A stretch of 64,000 nucleotides of DNA from Octopus bimaculoides (Eukaryota): assembly GCF_001194135.2 (NCBI RefSeq), contig NC_068991.1, positions 13,142,609 to 13,206,608 on the forward strand. The letters run 5' to 3'. The first letter of the stretch is position 1; each line of letters begins with the position of its first letter. This document shows, piece after piece, positions 1-13,361 of the stretch. Made by a program: the position numbers and the translations under genes. Under the pieces are notes generated by a model, which saw nothing but the letters and a program-made list of their open reading frames with translations, had not been told where the DNA came from and did no database searches.

Positions 1-58
<58 letters not shown>

Positions 59-72
59 TGTGTGTGTGTGTG
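1..72. repeat. (AG)n then (TG)n microsatellite
   Basis: Direct reading of the sequence. Confidence 0.95.
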
Positions 73-220
73 TTAAGATTACTGGAAGAGATCATGTGAT
101 ATCGGTGCCTTTCATGATGGACACCTGTTAAAATATGGAAACCGAGAGAGAGCCAAATATCAACAGGAAGTGATGATACTTAATGGTGTCAAGGATTTAG
201 TTTCGGAAACAGTATGTGTA

Positions 221-361
221 GGCGCAGACATGGCTGTGTGCTTAAGAAGCTCACTTTGCAACCACATGGTTTCGGGTTCAGTCCCACTGCATGGCATGGC
301 ATCTATTATATGTCCGGCTTGACCAATGGCTTATAAGTGAATTTGCTAGAGGAAACTGTGT

Positions 362-426
<65 letters not shown>

Positions 427-649
427 CTGTATGTGTGTCTGTGTGTGTCTGTGTGTTTGTCTCCCGCCCAGCATCGCTTGACAACCGATGCTGGTGTGTT
501 TGCGTCCCCGTAACTTAGCGGTTCGGCAAAAGGGAACCGATAGAATAAGTACTAAGCTTACAAAGAATAAGCTCTGGGATCGATTTGCTCGACTATAACG
601 GCGGTGCTCCAGCATGACCGCAGTCAAATGACTGAAACAAGTAAAAGAG
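221..649 (+). mobile_element. tRNA-headed SINE family B, near full length, with internal (TA)n(TG)n microsatellite
   Basis: Pol III-like head (TGGCTGTGTG...GGTTCAGTCCC). Body 'catcgcttgacaaccgatgctggtgtgttt' and tail 'cagtcaaatgactgaaacaagtaaaagag' recur at 17057, 46665, 47324 and 61406. Confidence 0.9.
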
Positions 650-650
650 T

Positions 651-800
651 ATACATACGTATATGTACATACTTAAATGCATACGTATATACATATGCAT
701 ATGTGGGTAGAGGACGTCACAGAACGTAAACAACAAAAAATACGAAGTATGAGGACATGGAATATGAACTTCTTTTGCGAACAACGGAAGAAACAAATGG
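651..800 (+). repeat. Dispersed repeat family F fragment
   Basis: 'gcatatgtgggtagaggacgtcaca' matches the reverse complement of 'tgtgacgtcctgtacccagatatgc' at ~11205 and of the copy at ~51090. Confidence 0.7.
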
Positions 801-1759
801 AAAACTAGACAAGCAACAATATTTATTTTTGTATATTCTTTGTCATTGATCAGATCCTCAAAATTTATCTTACGTAACACATCTGCTTCTATATTTAGCA
901 TCCTGAATATTATTTTAAATAAGTTGTAAGAGATGTCTTTTGTGCTGTAAAGCATTTATCCTTTCTTTGATGCCACCCACTTCTCTTGATACTCTAAGCA
1001 CGTGCTTATTTTGCTGAACGGTTAATCCAGTTCTGGCCCGACGGAATTTAAAACAATTAAAATGAATTAAAAATAGAATGTGAAGACAAGTGAGTCTAAT
1101 CTTTGGCAAGTACGGTGACAACTCTTGTTAAATCTTACTAAATGTTTCGCTCTCGTTGAAACATATTCAGCTAAGCATAACTAACTGAAGAGCTGGGAAA
1201 ATCTTTTTTTACGTATTCAAATGAAATGTAATTTAATAAGATGGATTTAAAGAACGTTTTAATTAAGTATGCGAAAAGATGTAATTAGATATTTATGATT
1301 GCATTCAATTAACTCAGCGGATATATGGTATTTCATATTTATAATAACAACAAAAAAAGTATAATTATAAAGAAATGAAATGGTAAAATGATAGTTTAAT
1401 GACATACATACTGCATGTATATGTGTAAAAAAAAATAATAATATTGTTGTATTTCGGGATGGTCTTTTTTTTGCCAAATAAACACACGTTCTTCATCCGT
1501 AATATTACTGAGCTTATTTTAATTCATGGCCATTATCCGGAAATCTTTCGTCACACATCTGTAACCTCCTCAGTGACACTAATTCCGTCTTCGTGTGTGC
1601 TACACGTGAAGAACGAATATATAATGACTGTGTTTATTTGGCATTTGATGTATAATTGAATTTGATTCCGCTACCCATATCTGTACCTCATGTCGGGCTG
1701 TTGGTTCATCCGGTATTGTGGAGAGGAGGATGCCTAATTCCTTTTAGAAGACATCTACT

Positions 1760-1800
<41 letters not shown>

Positions 1801-2360
1801 NNNNNNNNNNNNNNNNNNNNNNNNNNNNNNNNNNNNNNNNNNNNNNNNNNNNNNNNNNNNNNNNNNNNNNNNNNNNNNNNNNNNNNNNNNNNNNNNNNNN
1901 NNNNNNNNNNNNNNNNNNNNNNNNNNNNNNNNNNNNNNNNNNNNNNNNNNNNNNNNNNNNNNNNNNNNNNNNNNNNNNNNNNNTTGTGTATAATCTAAAT
2001 CGTATTTTAACCCCAACAGTTTTCCGAAACAAGTTTTTTATTTCTCAGTTTTAATTCCATCTCCACTCTCTTCAGCTTCACTTGTTTTTTTTACTTCAGT
2101 TGCAATACAAAGTTTACAAACTAAAATAAATAAATATTACGCCTGGAGGAAGATGAAAACATATCTGACGTTTCGGGAAGAATCTTTCATCAACGCAAGC
2201 TGATAAGTCATTATGATAGCTTATAAGTAGATGGAGTTTAGGAGAAAACAAAACCATCTGCTGTCATTATTTTCTTGCTCAATCGCTTTCTTCGCTTGTT
2301 TCTTTCTTTGTGCTTTTCATTCAATTTTCTTTTACATCTTTTTCCAGTCATCCTTGATTT

Positions 2361-2408
<48 letters not shown>

Positions 2409-2809
2409 TCCTTCTTTCTTTCTTTCTTCAGTCATGTTTGTTTGTTTAAGATCGTATACTCACACAAACGTACAAACATGCTTCTGTGTGTGCGTGAGCG
2501 CGCGCGTGTATGTATGTGTGTGTGTAAAGATACTTTGTTGATATCTTTCCAGGATCCCTGCTGTGTATAGCGGAGTGGGATCTTGAATTGTGTGGACGAG
2601 GGGAGGAGGGGAGTCGGTCTCGAATTTCTTCTTACAAGCCACCACCGCCATCACTACAAACTCCACCACAGCCTCCACCATAATCGAGGTATTCACCATC
2701 ACTACCACCACGACCACGACCACCACCTCCTCCTCCTCCTCCTCCTCCTTCTCTTGATTTTTTGTGCTTTCTGTTTTCTTTTACTCGTTATTTTTCCAGT
2801 TGCTGCATG

Positions 2810-2973
2810 AGAACCACTACGACGACGACGACGACCACCACCACCACCACCACCTCACCACCACCTCACCACCACCATCATCATCAACATCATAATCACA
2901 AATACAAACAACAGCAAGTGCAGCAACATGATTACCATCATCATCATCGCCACCACCATCACCACCACCACTA

Positions 2974-3037
<64 letters not shown>

Positions 3038-3075
3038 TACTATTACTACTATTACTACTACTACTGCTGCTGCTG
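2810..3075. repeat. Compound trinucleotide microsatellite (ACG/ACC/ATC/ACT)n
   Basis: Direct reading; explains the poly-T/H/Y ORF at 2762-3109. Confidence 0.9.
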
Positions 3076-3169
3076 TTTAATCCTCTTTGTCTTTGATTAT
3101 TCCTGGTAGTTATTAACCATTTTCGCAGCAGCTGTTGTTGCTGTTGCTGTTGTTCAGATATTTGTTGTT

Positions 3170-3380
3170 ATTTAGCCCAAGGCATGCGCACTGATCGAGC
3201 AGACCTACAATCGAAATAGTTCCAGCAGTGACTATTCCGTGTGCCTTTTTTTCCCCCATTTGTTTCGAATATCACGAAGTATAGTGTCCGATAGTTTATG
3301 ACAGTGGTGTGTGGAGTGATTTGAGTGAGATTTAGCTGCTATTTCTAACAAGTGTGGCGACCACGAAAGAGTCTCCCTTG
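3170..3380 (+). repeat. Dispersed repeat family E
   Basis: Motifs 'tttagc..ga tcgagcagac' and 'gatttgagtgagatttagctgctatttcta' (3318-3347) recur at 40750-40779 and 52560-52700. Confidence 0.6.
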
Positions 3381-3734
3381 TTGACTGAGATGTCGTTGTT
3401 ACTGTTGTTGTTGTTGCTATTGTGATGATGTTGTTGTTGCTGTTGTGGCCATCGTCATTACAAAAAGTATTACGTAGTTTGGTATATAAACCTTTTCTCC
3501 ATTCCCACCACACCCACCACCACTGTTTCGAATGTTGTTGTCTTTGTTAAAGATATTGGCTTTGACTTTCGTTGTATTTGTTTGATGAATTGTTTGATGA
3601 ACTGTTTGTTTGTTTGATGGCTTGTATTTTGATTGTGCGTTTGATGGTCTGTATGTTGAACAATTTGATTGACTGTCTGATGGTCTTTATTGTTGGATGA
3701 CTTGTTTATATATTCGATTCTTTGTACTTTGATA

Positions 3735-3948
3735 GTCGGTGATGATGACAATGATGATGATGATGATAATAATAAAGGTGACGATGATGATGATGATGAT
3801 GATGGATTAGAATAATAATGGTGATGACAAGGAGCAGAAGAATGACGAAGACGATAATGGTGACGATGAATAATAAATAATGCTTATGATGATGATAATA
3901 ACGATGATTATGATGATGATAAGAGGAAGGAGGGCAAGGAAGAAGCGA

Positions 3949-4005
<57 letters not shown>

Positions 4006-4035
4006 TTCATGAGGATGATGATAAGAAGAAGGAAA
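3735..4035. repeat. Degenerate (GAT)n microsatellite
   Basis: Direct reading; gives poly-His/Met/Ile ORFs. Confidence 0.9.
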
Positions 4036-4080
4036 AGAAGAGGTAGTATAGGCATGCATCAGGCATCAGCATATGTTTAC

Positions 4081-4553
4081 GAGAATGACAAAGCGTTCGT
4101 ACTGTGAGATAAACCAAAAAGACACACAGGCAGGAAAATTGTCAAGGACAATCGACCAGATATCGGTCTCAAGGACTATGCCTCCTAACCGACACGTTAG
4201 TCACAACAGATGACATTGTATCTCCTGAAGAAATTAAAAAAAAAAAAATTATTGAAAAGTATAAAGAACTGGAAATAGAGACCCACCAAATGTGGGGCCT
4301 GAAAGTAGAAACAATGCTATAATGTTTTCGCCCTGGGAACGAAAAAACAGAAATGTGCAGACGAATGCTTAACTTAAACTTCAGAACTTACAAATGTGAG
4401 CAACATAGAGAAAATAGCACTCCTAGGCGTTGTACACATGTTACATAGAATAATTTCAATGCAGTAAAAATAACAAAAACGAAAAGAAAATACTGCTCAC
4501 ACCCAAGGGCACACAGAGCTGTATTAGGTAGTGTAGTGAAGGCATGCCATGAA

Positions 4554-4555
<2 letters not shown>
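4081..4555 (+). mobile_element. 3' end of a decayed RLE-type non-LTR retrotransposon (R4/HERO/NeSL-like): endonuclease domain, stop, 3'UTR
   Basis: Hand translation across stops and frameshifts: ENDKAFVL*DKP..DNRPDIGLKD..KYKELEIETHQMWGLKVET..ALG..IEKIALLGVVHML..SMQ* (stop 4465-4467). This follows the W-D..RPD..D..KY.EL..LW..ALG..LLG pattern of RLE C-termini. An (ATT)n tract follows. Confidence 0.85.
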
Positions 4556-4637
<82 letters not shown>

Positions 4638-4647
4638 TATTATTATT
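4556..4647. repeat. (ATT)n microsatellite, tail/target of the RLE element
   Basis: Direct reading. Confidence 0.95.
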
Positions 4648-5009
4648 ACGGAACTGTGCGCTAGTTTTTTTCTTAGTCTATTGTTATTGATGATAATTGT
4701 GATGATGACGATGATGATAATGATACTGGTGGTAGTAGTGACGGTGATCTCTTCTAGCTGCCAGTATTGTTGCTGTTGCTATCGATGATGATGATGATGA
4801 TGATGACGGTGATAATTCTGATGATGATAATGACGATGTCGACAAAGATAAGGATGGGCTAAAGTAACAGTATTGAGATCTACTTACGCTCCTCCATGCA
4901 AACTGACCACACATATATATATATAAGAGGAACAGGCATAATGAAAGATAATCATAATAGACAAACATATTAATATATTATATATTTTAATTAGCCACGG
5001 GAAAGCTGG

Positions 5010-5125
5010 ATGAAAGTGAAAGCGAAAGTAATGGAAGATATTGAAAAATATTTGGATTTGGCTACGGAGAAATGGGCGCTGAGAGTGAATGTTATCCCTG
5101 CTGTAACTAAGGGCATTGAGAACAG
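5010..5125 (+). mobile_element. Short, highly decayed RLE endonuclease fragment
   Basis: Translates VKAKVMEDIEKYLDLATEKWALRVNVIPAV, resembling the EKY.DL..LW..V.VIP.V motif; short match only. Confidence 0.5.
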
Positions 5126-5744
5126 ACAGTTGTTCATGTGACTGAGTGTTATATAACGATTAAGATTAGGAATCTAAGTAGATAAAAAAAATCTCTTAGC
5201 ATTTATTCTATTAAGAATCAGTCGATACAATCCTTGAGAAACTTAATTTCAAGAAGAGACATAACTACCCCTGTTGATAGAATTAACGTGAATCTTTTAT
5301 TTTATATACTGATAATGATAACATCAATGATAAATCATTCCAGGGGTTATACATTTATACACCCTGTTATAAATTTATACTCTGTGAGAAATTTATACGC
5401 TCTGTTATAGATTTATATACCGCTGTTAGATACAGCCCACATCTTCCGCAAAACTCATTCAGTTTAAGAGCACAAGCTACTCTTATATATTTACTGCACA
5501 GCAGATACACAACACATGCTTTATACAGGTATTACGTAATAAATTAAGACAATTCAGTCAACACATGATTTACAGAGATAACCACCCAATAATATAATGC
5601 CATACAATACCCCTTATATAATAGATACCCGATATATTTCTCATCCCGCATACCACCAGCAGCAATTCACACAAATTGCATTCTACGGTAATATAACACG
5701 ATCTGCGAAAACATATACTGCATGTAAACTACTTAATCATCGTC

Positions 5745-5988
5745 CTACTATGATCTCTAAGTTAGACATGAGGTTAGTAATTATGAGGAGAGGCAGGGAG
5801 TCGATTAGATCGAACCCCAGTACGAAACTGGTATTTTTTTTATGGAGTCTGGTGGAGGAGGAAAAAGCAAAGCTAGCCTTGGCAAGATTTTTTTCTTTAT
5901 ATTCTCTGCCGGAATACAAAGAGCCGGAAGAAATGCAATGAAGCATTTTTTTTCACGACGCTCTTGCTTTTCTGCCAGCTCACTGCCT
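5745..5988 (-). mobile_element. SINE family D, degenerate
   Basis: Reverse complement starts 'aggcagtgagctggcagaaa' and contains 'actggggttcgatctaatcgac', as in the copies at 14427 and 53346. Confidence 0.7.
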
Positions 5989-6128
5989 ACAACAAAACAT
6001 ATACGTAACGTACCTCTTACAATACATACATACCATAATCAGCACTGATCAAAATAACGCAACTCATATTGAACTTAATGTAGACAACAAATTGACGAAA
6101 CTTACTGAAGGAGAGCAGAACGGAACGG

Positions 6129-6132
<4 letters not shown>

Positions 6133-6206
<74 letters not shown>

Positions 6207-6314
6207 NNNNNNNNNNNNNNNNNNNNNNNNNNNNNNNNNNNNNNNNNNNNNNNNNNNNNNNNNNNNNNNNNNNNNNNNNNNNNNNNNNNNNNNNNNNNNN
6301 NNNNNNNNNNNNNN

Positions 6315-6372
<58 letters not shown>
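6133..6372. repeat. (AG)n microsatellite spanning a gap
   Basis: Direct reading. Confidence 0.9.
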
Positions 6373-6374
<2 letters not shown>

Positions 6375-6458
6375 AACAGATTGTCACCTTTTCTGCAAAC
6401 ACATTTTTTTCCTAAAGATAACTAATTGTTAATTTTAAAAATCAATTCTTCACCACAA

Positions 6459-6496
6459 ATATACGCACGTTTCGGTTTCTCTTACCTCTTCAGTAC
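6459..6496 (-). ncRNA. Minimal hammerhead ribozyme-like motif, catalytic core intact, short stems
   Basis: Minus strand reads GUA-CUGAAGA-GGU(AAGAGAA)ACC-GAAACGUGCGUA-UAU. CUGANGA and GAAA are intact, stem II is 3 bp, helix III is ACG/CGU, the triplet is GUA, and stem I is only 3 bp. Confidence 0.5.
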
Positions 6497-6871
6497 AAAT
6501 CTGTGTGACGTTCACGTTTAATAGTCAACTAAATTTCAAAAAAAAGCAATAACATACTAAGGAAACATTCATAGGACGCGTGTAAATGTTGTGCTAAGTA
6601 TATCATAGACAAAGTTGTGTATAAGTATAATTGTCAGAGGAAATTAAAACAAATTAACAAGGATTAAAATCGTAACAAGACCTACATTCCGCCTTCGTCA
6701 CGAACTCAACGAGAGCACCTTGCTTCTGTTTGGAACACAACATTTGTTTGCGAGAATAAGAGTTTCTAACGAAGGACAGTTACTCTACCAACCTGTGCAA
6801 CTTGAACGACCGTACGTATGGTGTAGGGTGTATCACATAAATATTACGCTTACAATATATAATATAATATG

Positions 6872-6922
<51 letters not shown>

Positions 6923-7656
6923 ATATATGCTTGCGTGACTGTATATGTATGTGCATACACACACATATATGTACATAAATTATACAAAATGTACGCAATG
7001 TGCATTCAACCGAGTTATCTCATCTTCTTGCATCAACAGAATATTATTTCTGAATGTTATATTTGACATATATGAAAACGCACGCATACACATAGTATGT
7101 ATAAGCATATATATTATATATGTGTGCGTGTGTGTATAATATATATATATATGCATATATATATATATACACACACACACATACATACATTCGTAAACTG
7201 CAACTCACACAGTCACGCTCACATACACAAGCATGGGGCTACTGCATGTGTGTCTACATATATAATAGATTCATATGTGCATATATTTATAAATGTATAA
7301 AGAGAGAGATGCACAAATACACATACATACATACACAAAGATTCATGCATAAACGCATACATATATGCAATACATATATGTGCATAATGTATGCCTGTAT
7401 GTTTGTATGTGTATGAATACATAAACACATACATACGTACATATATATATATGTATCGGTGTTCACACACAGCCGTACAATCAGTACGCCAAATTTCCTT
7501 ATATAATCACTGAGAAATGTCATTCACCAAACAGGGAGAACGCAACCTAAAATGAGTTATCTTGTGGATTATGTCCTGAAATTCTTGGAATCCAGCAGAG
7601 TAGAAGAGGTGCAGAAGAAGTAGAGGTAAAGAGAAAGAAACAGAACAGATGGGAAA

Positions 7657-7722
<66 letters not shown>

Positions 7723-8696
7723 NNNNNNNNNNNNNNNNNNNNNNNNNNNNNNNNNNNNNNNNNNNNNNNNNNNNNNNNNNNNNNNNNNNNNNNNNNNNNN
7801 NNNNNNNNNNNNNNNNNNNNNNNNNNNNNNNNNNNNNNNNNNNNNNNNNNNNNNNNNNNNNNNNNNNNNNNNNNNNNNNNNNNNNNNNNNNNNNNNNNNN
7901 NNNNNNNNNNNNNNNNNNNNNNNNNNNNNNNNNNNNNNNNNNNNNNNNNNNNNNNNNNNNNNNNNNNNNNNNNNNNNNNNNNNNNNNNNNNNNNNNNNNN
8001 NNNNNNNNNNNNNNNNNNNNNNNNNNNNNNNNNNNNNNNNNNNNNNNNNNNNNNNNNNNNNNNNNNNNNNNNNNNNNNNNNNNNNNNNNNNNNNNNNNNN
8101 NNNNNNNNNNNNNNNNNNNNNNNNNNNNNNNNNNNNNNNNNNNNNNNNNNNNNNNNNNNNNNNNNNNNNNNNNNNNNNNNNNNNNNNNNNNNNNNNNNNN
8201 NNNNNNNNNNNNNNNNNNNNNNNNNNNNNNNNNNNNNNNNNNNNNNNNNNNNNNNNNNNNNNNNNNNNNNNNNNNNNNNNNNNNNNNNNNNNNNNNNNNN
8301 NNNNNNNNNNNNNNNNNNNNNNNNNNNNNNNNNNNNNNNNNNNNNNNNNNNNNNNNNNNNNNNNNNNNNNNNNNNNNNNNNNNNNNNNNNNNNNNNNNNN
8401 NNNNNNNNNNNNNNNNNNNNNNNNNNNNNNNNNNNNNNNNNNNNNNNNNNNNNNNNNNNNNNNNNNNNNNNNNNNNNNNNNNNNNNNNNNNNNNNNNNNN
8501 NNNNNNNNNNNNNNNNNNNNNNNNNNNNNNNNNNNNNNNNNNNNNNNNNNNNNNNNNNNNNNNNNNNNNNNNNNNNNNNACAACAACATGAAACAACTAT
8601 GATGAATCTGCATGATGTTTATTCATTCATTGAAAGTGTAAAAACGGTTACTTAAGAATAAATATTCTTTTGCTCGTTTCAGTTATTCATTTTTTT

Positions 8697-8914
8697 TATT
8701 GCCCACAAGGGGCTAAACATAGAGGGGACAGACAAGGACAGACAAAGGGATTAAGTCGATTACATGGACCCCAGTGCGTAACTGGTACTTATTTAATCGA
8801 CCCCGAAAGGATGAAAGGCAAAGTCGACCTCGGCGGAATTTGAACTCGGAACGTAACAGCAGACGAAATACCGCTGGGCAGTTCGCCCGGCGAGCTAAAG
8901 TTTCTGCCAGCTCG
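8697..8914 (-). mobile_element. SINE family D (tail type 1), near full length
   Basis: Close reverse complement of 14195-14426 and 36346-36517. Confidence 0.9.
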
Positions 8915-9090
8915 TTTCAGTTATTCAACTGCGGCCATGCAGTAGCATCACCTTGGAAAGTTTGGTGGAACCCCCTCCCCCCCAGTATTTATTTTCTTTT
9001 AAAGTTTAATATATATTCTATCGGTTGCTTTTCATCGAACCGTTAATTTACAGAGATGTAAGCAAACCAACACCGGTTGTCGAGCGGTAG
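8914..9090 (-). mobile_element. SINE family B 3' fragment, degenerate
   Basis: 'tttcagttattcaactgcggccatgc' and 'ttctatcggtt' match the family B tail in reverse. Confidence 0.6.
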
Positions 9091-9692
9091 AGGTACAAAC
9101 GCTAAGCTGCATATATGCACGTAGATGCGGGGAAGTAGAGAAGCGCAAGGGGAGGTAAGGTTCAGAATCAGACAGGGGTTTTCAGCATTTTTTTTTGTAA
9201 CGAACGGTTATAGAAAAAGACAAAAAGAAAAGAAAAAAAAAAAGAAAAGACTATTTAAGAAGCGTCACACAAACTTCCAGAGGCTTCTGTTGAAGACCAA
9301 TAATGGTAAAGAGAACGGGTGACAACTGTATCTGGTACATACCGCCGCCAAATACATATACATACGAACTCTTTTGTATACGCATGTATATGTGTGCGAA
9401 TATGTATGCATATATATATATATAATGTATATAATATACATACATGTATATCATAAATTTACATACCCGTGTATACACACACATATACACGCATATATGT
9501 GTACACACACACACACACACAAACACACAGATGCATGTATCAGATTGAGCCAAAATGTGCCAAAATCACTGTGATTTTCTCTCAGCAGATGAAGGGAATG
9601 TCCCGCAGTGCAAGCTGTTTATTAAATATATATGTATGTGTGTGTATATACATACATACATACATACATACGTACGTATGTGCATATATGTA

Positions 9693-9723
<31 letters not shown>

Positions 9724-9840
9724 ATGGTTATGTATGTATATATGAGTATATATGTGTGTCTGAGTATATATGTTAGTATGTATATGTATACAAACACATA
9801 CGTATATATACGTGTATTTGAGTAATTATATATAAGTCTG

Positions 9841-9880
<40 letters not shown>

Positions 9881-11119
9881 GCACGTGTAAACACACACAC
9901 AAATTCTTTCTTCTCTTTTTCACTCTATTTCTCTCTATAAATATATGTCGCAAGATACACACTTCTACACTCGTATGTGTATCTCTCNNNNNNNNNNNNN
10001 NNNNNNNNNNNNNNNNNNNNNNNNNNNNNNNNNNNNNNNNNNNNNNNNNNNNNNNNNNNNNNNNNNNNNNNNNNNNNNNNNNNNNNNNNNNNNNNNNNNN
10101 NNNNNNNNNNNNNNNNNNNNNNNNNNNNNNNNNNNNNNNNNNNNNNNNNNNNNNNNNNNNNNNNNNNNNNNNNNNNNNNNNNNNNNNNNNNNNNNNNNNN
10201 NNNNNNNNNNNNNNNNNNNNNNNNNNNNNNNNNNNNNNNNNNNNNNNNNNNNNNNNNNNNNNNNNNNNNNNNNNNNNNNNNNNNNNNNNNNNNNNNNNNN
10301 NNNNNNNNNNNNNNNNNNNNNNNNNNNNNNNNNNNNNNNNNNNNNNNNNNNNNNNNNNNNNNNNNNNNNNNNNNNNNNNNNNNNNNNNNNNNNNNNNNNN
10401 NNNNNNNNNNNNNNNNNNNNNNNNNNNNNNNNNNNNNNNNNNNNNNNNNNNNNNNNNNNNNNNNNNNNNNNNNNNNNNNNNNNNNNNNNNNNNNNNNNNN
10501 NNNNNNNNNNNNNNNNNNNNNNNNNNNNNNNNNNNNNNNNNNNNNNNNNNNNNNNNNNNNNNNNNNNNNNNNNNNNNNNNNNNNNNNNNNNNNNNNNNNN
10601 NNNNNNNNNNNNNNNNNNNNNNNNNNNNNNNNNNNNNNNNNNNNNNNNNNNNNNNNNNNNNNNNNNNNNNNNNNNNNNNNNNNNNNNNNNNNNNNNNNNN
10701 NNNNNNNNNNNNNNNNNNNNNNNNNNNNNNNNNNNNNNNNNNNNNNNNNNNNNNNNNNNNNNNNNNNNNNNNNNNNNNNNNNNNNNNNNNNNNNNNNNNN
10801 NNNNNNNNNNNNNNNNNNNNNNNNNNNNNNNNNNNNNNNTATATATCGAGTTTGAAGTTTCTGTCTCTTTTAAATATACAAATTTAAAAGTTAAAAACCT
10901 TGAAATATAAATATAAACTGTGAGAACGACCCTTAAGGAATCTAGTTAATGATCCCCTAAGGTAAGTTCTTATGCTATATTGGTAACATGTTTCGGTTCT
11001 TGAAAAGACGAACCTTATCAAAAATACATATTTAAAAAAAAATGTATTAAAAGAAAAGTTCATAATTGTTTCTTAGTGGTGTCACCATAGTCCACGTGGG
11101 AGCGCTTTTTTGTGTGGGG

Positions 11120-11301
11120 ACATAATGGCTGTTCTCTATGTGGCCTGTTTGTTTTTTGTGCTCTGTTTATGTTCTCTTTTTCATTTTGTCCACGTTTATT
11201 TTTTTGTGACGTCCTGTACCCAGATATGCATCTATATATACATGTAGATGTAGGTATGTACATACATGTACGTATATATGCATATACTTACATATTATTT
11301 G

Positions 11302-11310
<9 letters not shown>
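11120..11310 (-). repeat. Dispersed repeat family F
   Basis: Shares 'gttctctatgtggc' and 'gtcctgtacccagatatgca' with 51044-51182. Confidence 0.75.
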
Positions 11311-11338
<28 letters not shown>

Positions 11339-11448
11339 CTTAAATGTAAATGTTTGTAATTCCTGTTAGCAAATGAAACACGTGGAATGGAGAATAGATA
11401 ATACCAAAGAATTTCCACTTCCCTGTTTTATTTTATATATACTCTATT

Positions 11449-12021
11449 ACTCTTTTACTTGTTTCAGTCATTTGACTGTGGCCATGCTGGAGCACCACCT
11501 TTAGTCGAGCAAATCGACCCCAGGACTTATTCTTTGTAAGCCTATATGTNNNNNNNNNNNNNNNNNNNNNNNNNNNNNNNNNNNNNNNNNNNNNNNNNNN
11601 NNNNNNNNNNNNNNNNNNNNNNNNNNNNNNNNNNNNNNNCTGCATTTAAATGTCTAATCGAATACATCGGCCCAAGTACTCGTTTTTCTAAAGACTAGTA
11701 CTTTTTTATCGGTTCCTTTTGCTGAACTGCTAAGTTACGGGTGGGTGAGGTGCATAAACACACCAACATCGGCTGTCATGTGGTGGCGTGAGACAAACAC
11801 AAACATACACACACACACACATACACACACACACACATACACACACACACACATATATATATTACGAAGAGCTTCTTTCAGTTTCCGTTTACCAAATCCA
11901 CTCACAAAGCTTTGGTCAGCCCGACGGTATAGTAAAGGATTCTTATACAAGTTGCCACGCAATGGGATTGAAACCAGAACGATGTGGTTGAGAAGCAAAC
12001 TTCTTACCAGACAGCCACGCC
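11449..12021 (-). mobile_element. SINE family B (one or two copies, interrupted by a gap) with internal (CA)n(TA)n
   Basis: Tail at 11449-11543; body and head at 11693-12021 match the other B copies. Confidence 0.8.
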
Positions 12022-12060
12022 ACACATACATAAACACGTGTGTGTGTGCGTGAGCGCCTG

Positions 12061-12104
<44 letters not shown>

Positions 12105-12537
12105 GCATGCACACACACACATGTATTTGCGCCTGCACACATATATGTATGTCTTGAAATGGAGGAAGACAGAAGAGAACTCGAAAAATAAGAAGACAAA
12201 AGAAGGAGAAAACAATAGAAAAGAAGGCAAAGACACAAGACTTCAAAACAAGACGGATGAAGACAAATAATGATCAAAAGTAACAAAAAAAAAAAAAGAA
12301 AAGAAAAGGAAGACAAAGACAGATGTGAAAGACACAAGACGAAGCTCGCGTAAGCCAATGGCAAAATAAGGCGCTTGAAACGTAAGACGACATAATTGCC
12401 TTCAGACACAAAAGAGCTGAGCTGTTGTAAAGAAGGTAGAAAAAAAAAATGGCGTTCGCTATCGCTTCGCAGCCATATTGTACCGTAGTCTTACTGAGAT
12501 TGTGCATGGTTTGCGTGTGGGTTTTATATGTTATTAG

Positions 12538-12572
<35 letters not shown>

Positions 12573-13214
12573 TGTTTGCGCGCGGTGTTTGTGTCGTTAC
12601 ATATAATTAATGACTTGTTCAGATATTTTGAATATTGAATGACAAAACACGCTTACGTAAACGCAACACACATGTACACATGCACAGACGCATATTCACA
12701 CACTCACAAAATACACACACATACATACATATGCATATATGCATATGCATACATACATATATATATACATACATACACGCATGCATGAATATACATACAT
12801 ACATGCATATATATACAAATATATATAGTATGTATATATATACATACATATACATAATCACACACACTTATACGTATACAAACGTACTTTAAGAATTTGT
12901 ACACACACACACACAAACAGACACACACATATATATAACGTAACATAATAGTAGGAAATAAAGACAAGCTATATGTGTGAGTGCTTGCGCGTGCGCGTGC
13001 GTGTTGTGTGACTACTGTACGCACACATAAAACTCCGACGCGCTTTTACATTTCGTCGTGTGCTATACGTTCGTTAAATTGATTTTGATGCTTATTATCT
13101 CAAGTAGACATAAAGACACTCTCAGCATTCCCATCCGTCACTTAACGGATCATTTACGATCTGAAAGCCGTAGATAGAGAGGGTCGCACCATCACAGACT
13201 CGGTACCTCCTGTA

Positions 13215-13335
13215 TCGACCCAGAAAAAGACGCATGGCAAAGTTGATTTCGATAGGATCTGAATTCAGAGTGCAGATGGCCGGAGCAGTTATTGGTTTCC
13301 AACTGTGAGACAAGGTCAGCAATTTCGGGGATTTT
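13215..13335 (-). mobile_element. SINE family D fragment, degenerate
   Basis: 'ggcaaagttgatttc...tgaattcagag' and tail 'acaaggtcagcaatttcgggg' match 41180-41388. Confidence 0.5.
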
Positions 13336-13361
13336 CTCGTTTACTTTACATTGATGAAATG

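Noticed and set aside
860-1125. Possible decayed Penelope GIY-YIG endonuclease (minus-strand ORF 915-1121); similar hints at 6610-6660 and 49430-49560
   Set aside because: Only vague short motifs; a TBLASTN/HMM search is needed and I cannot support the call by eye.
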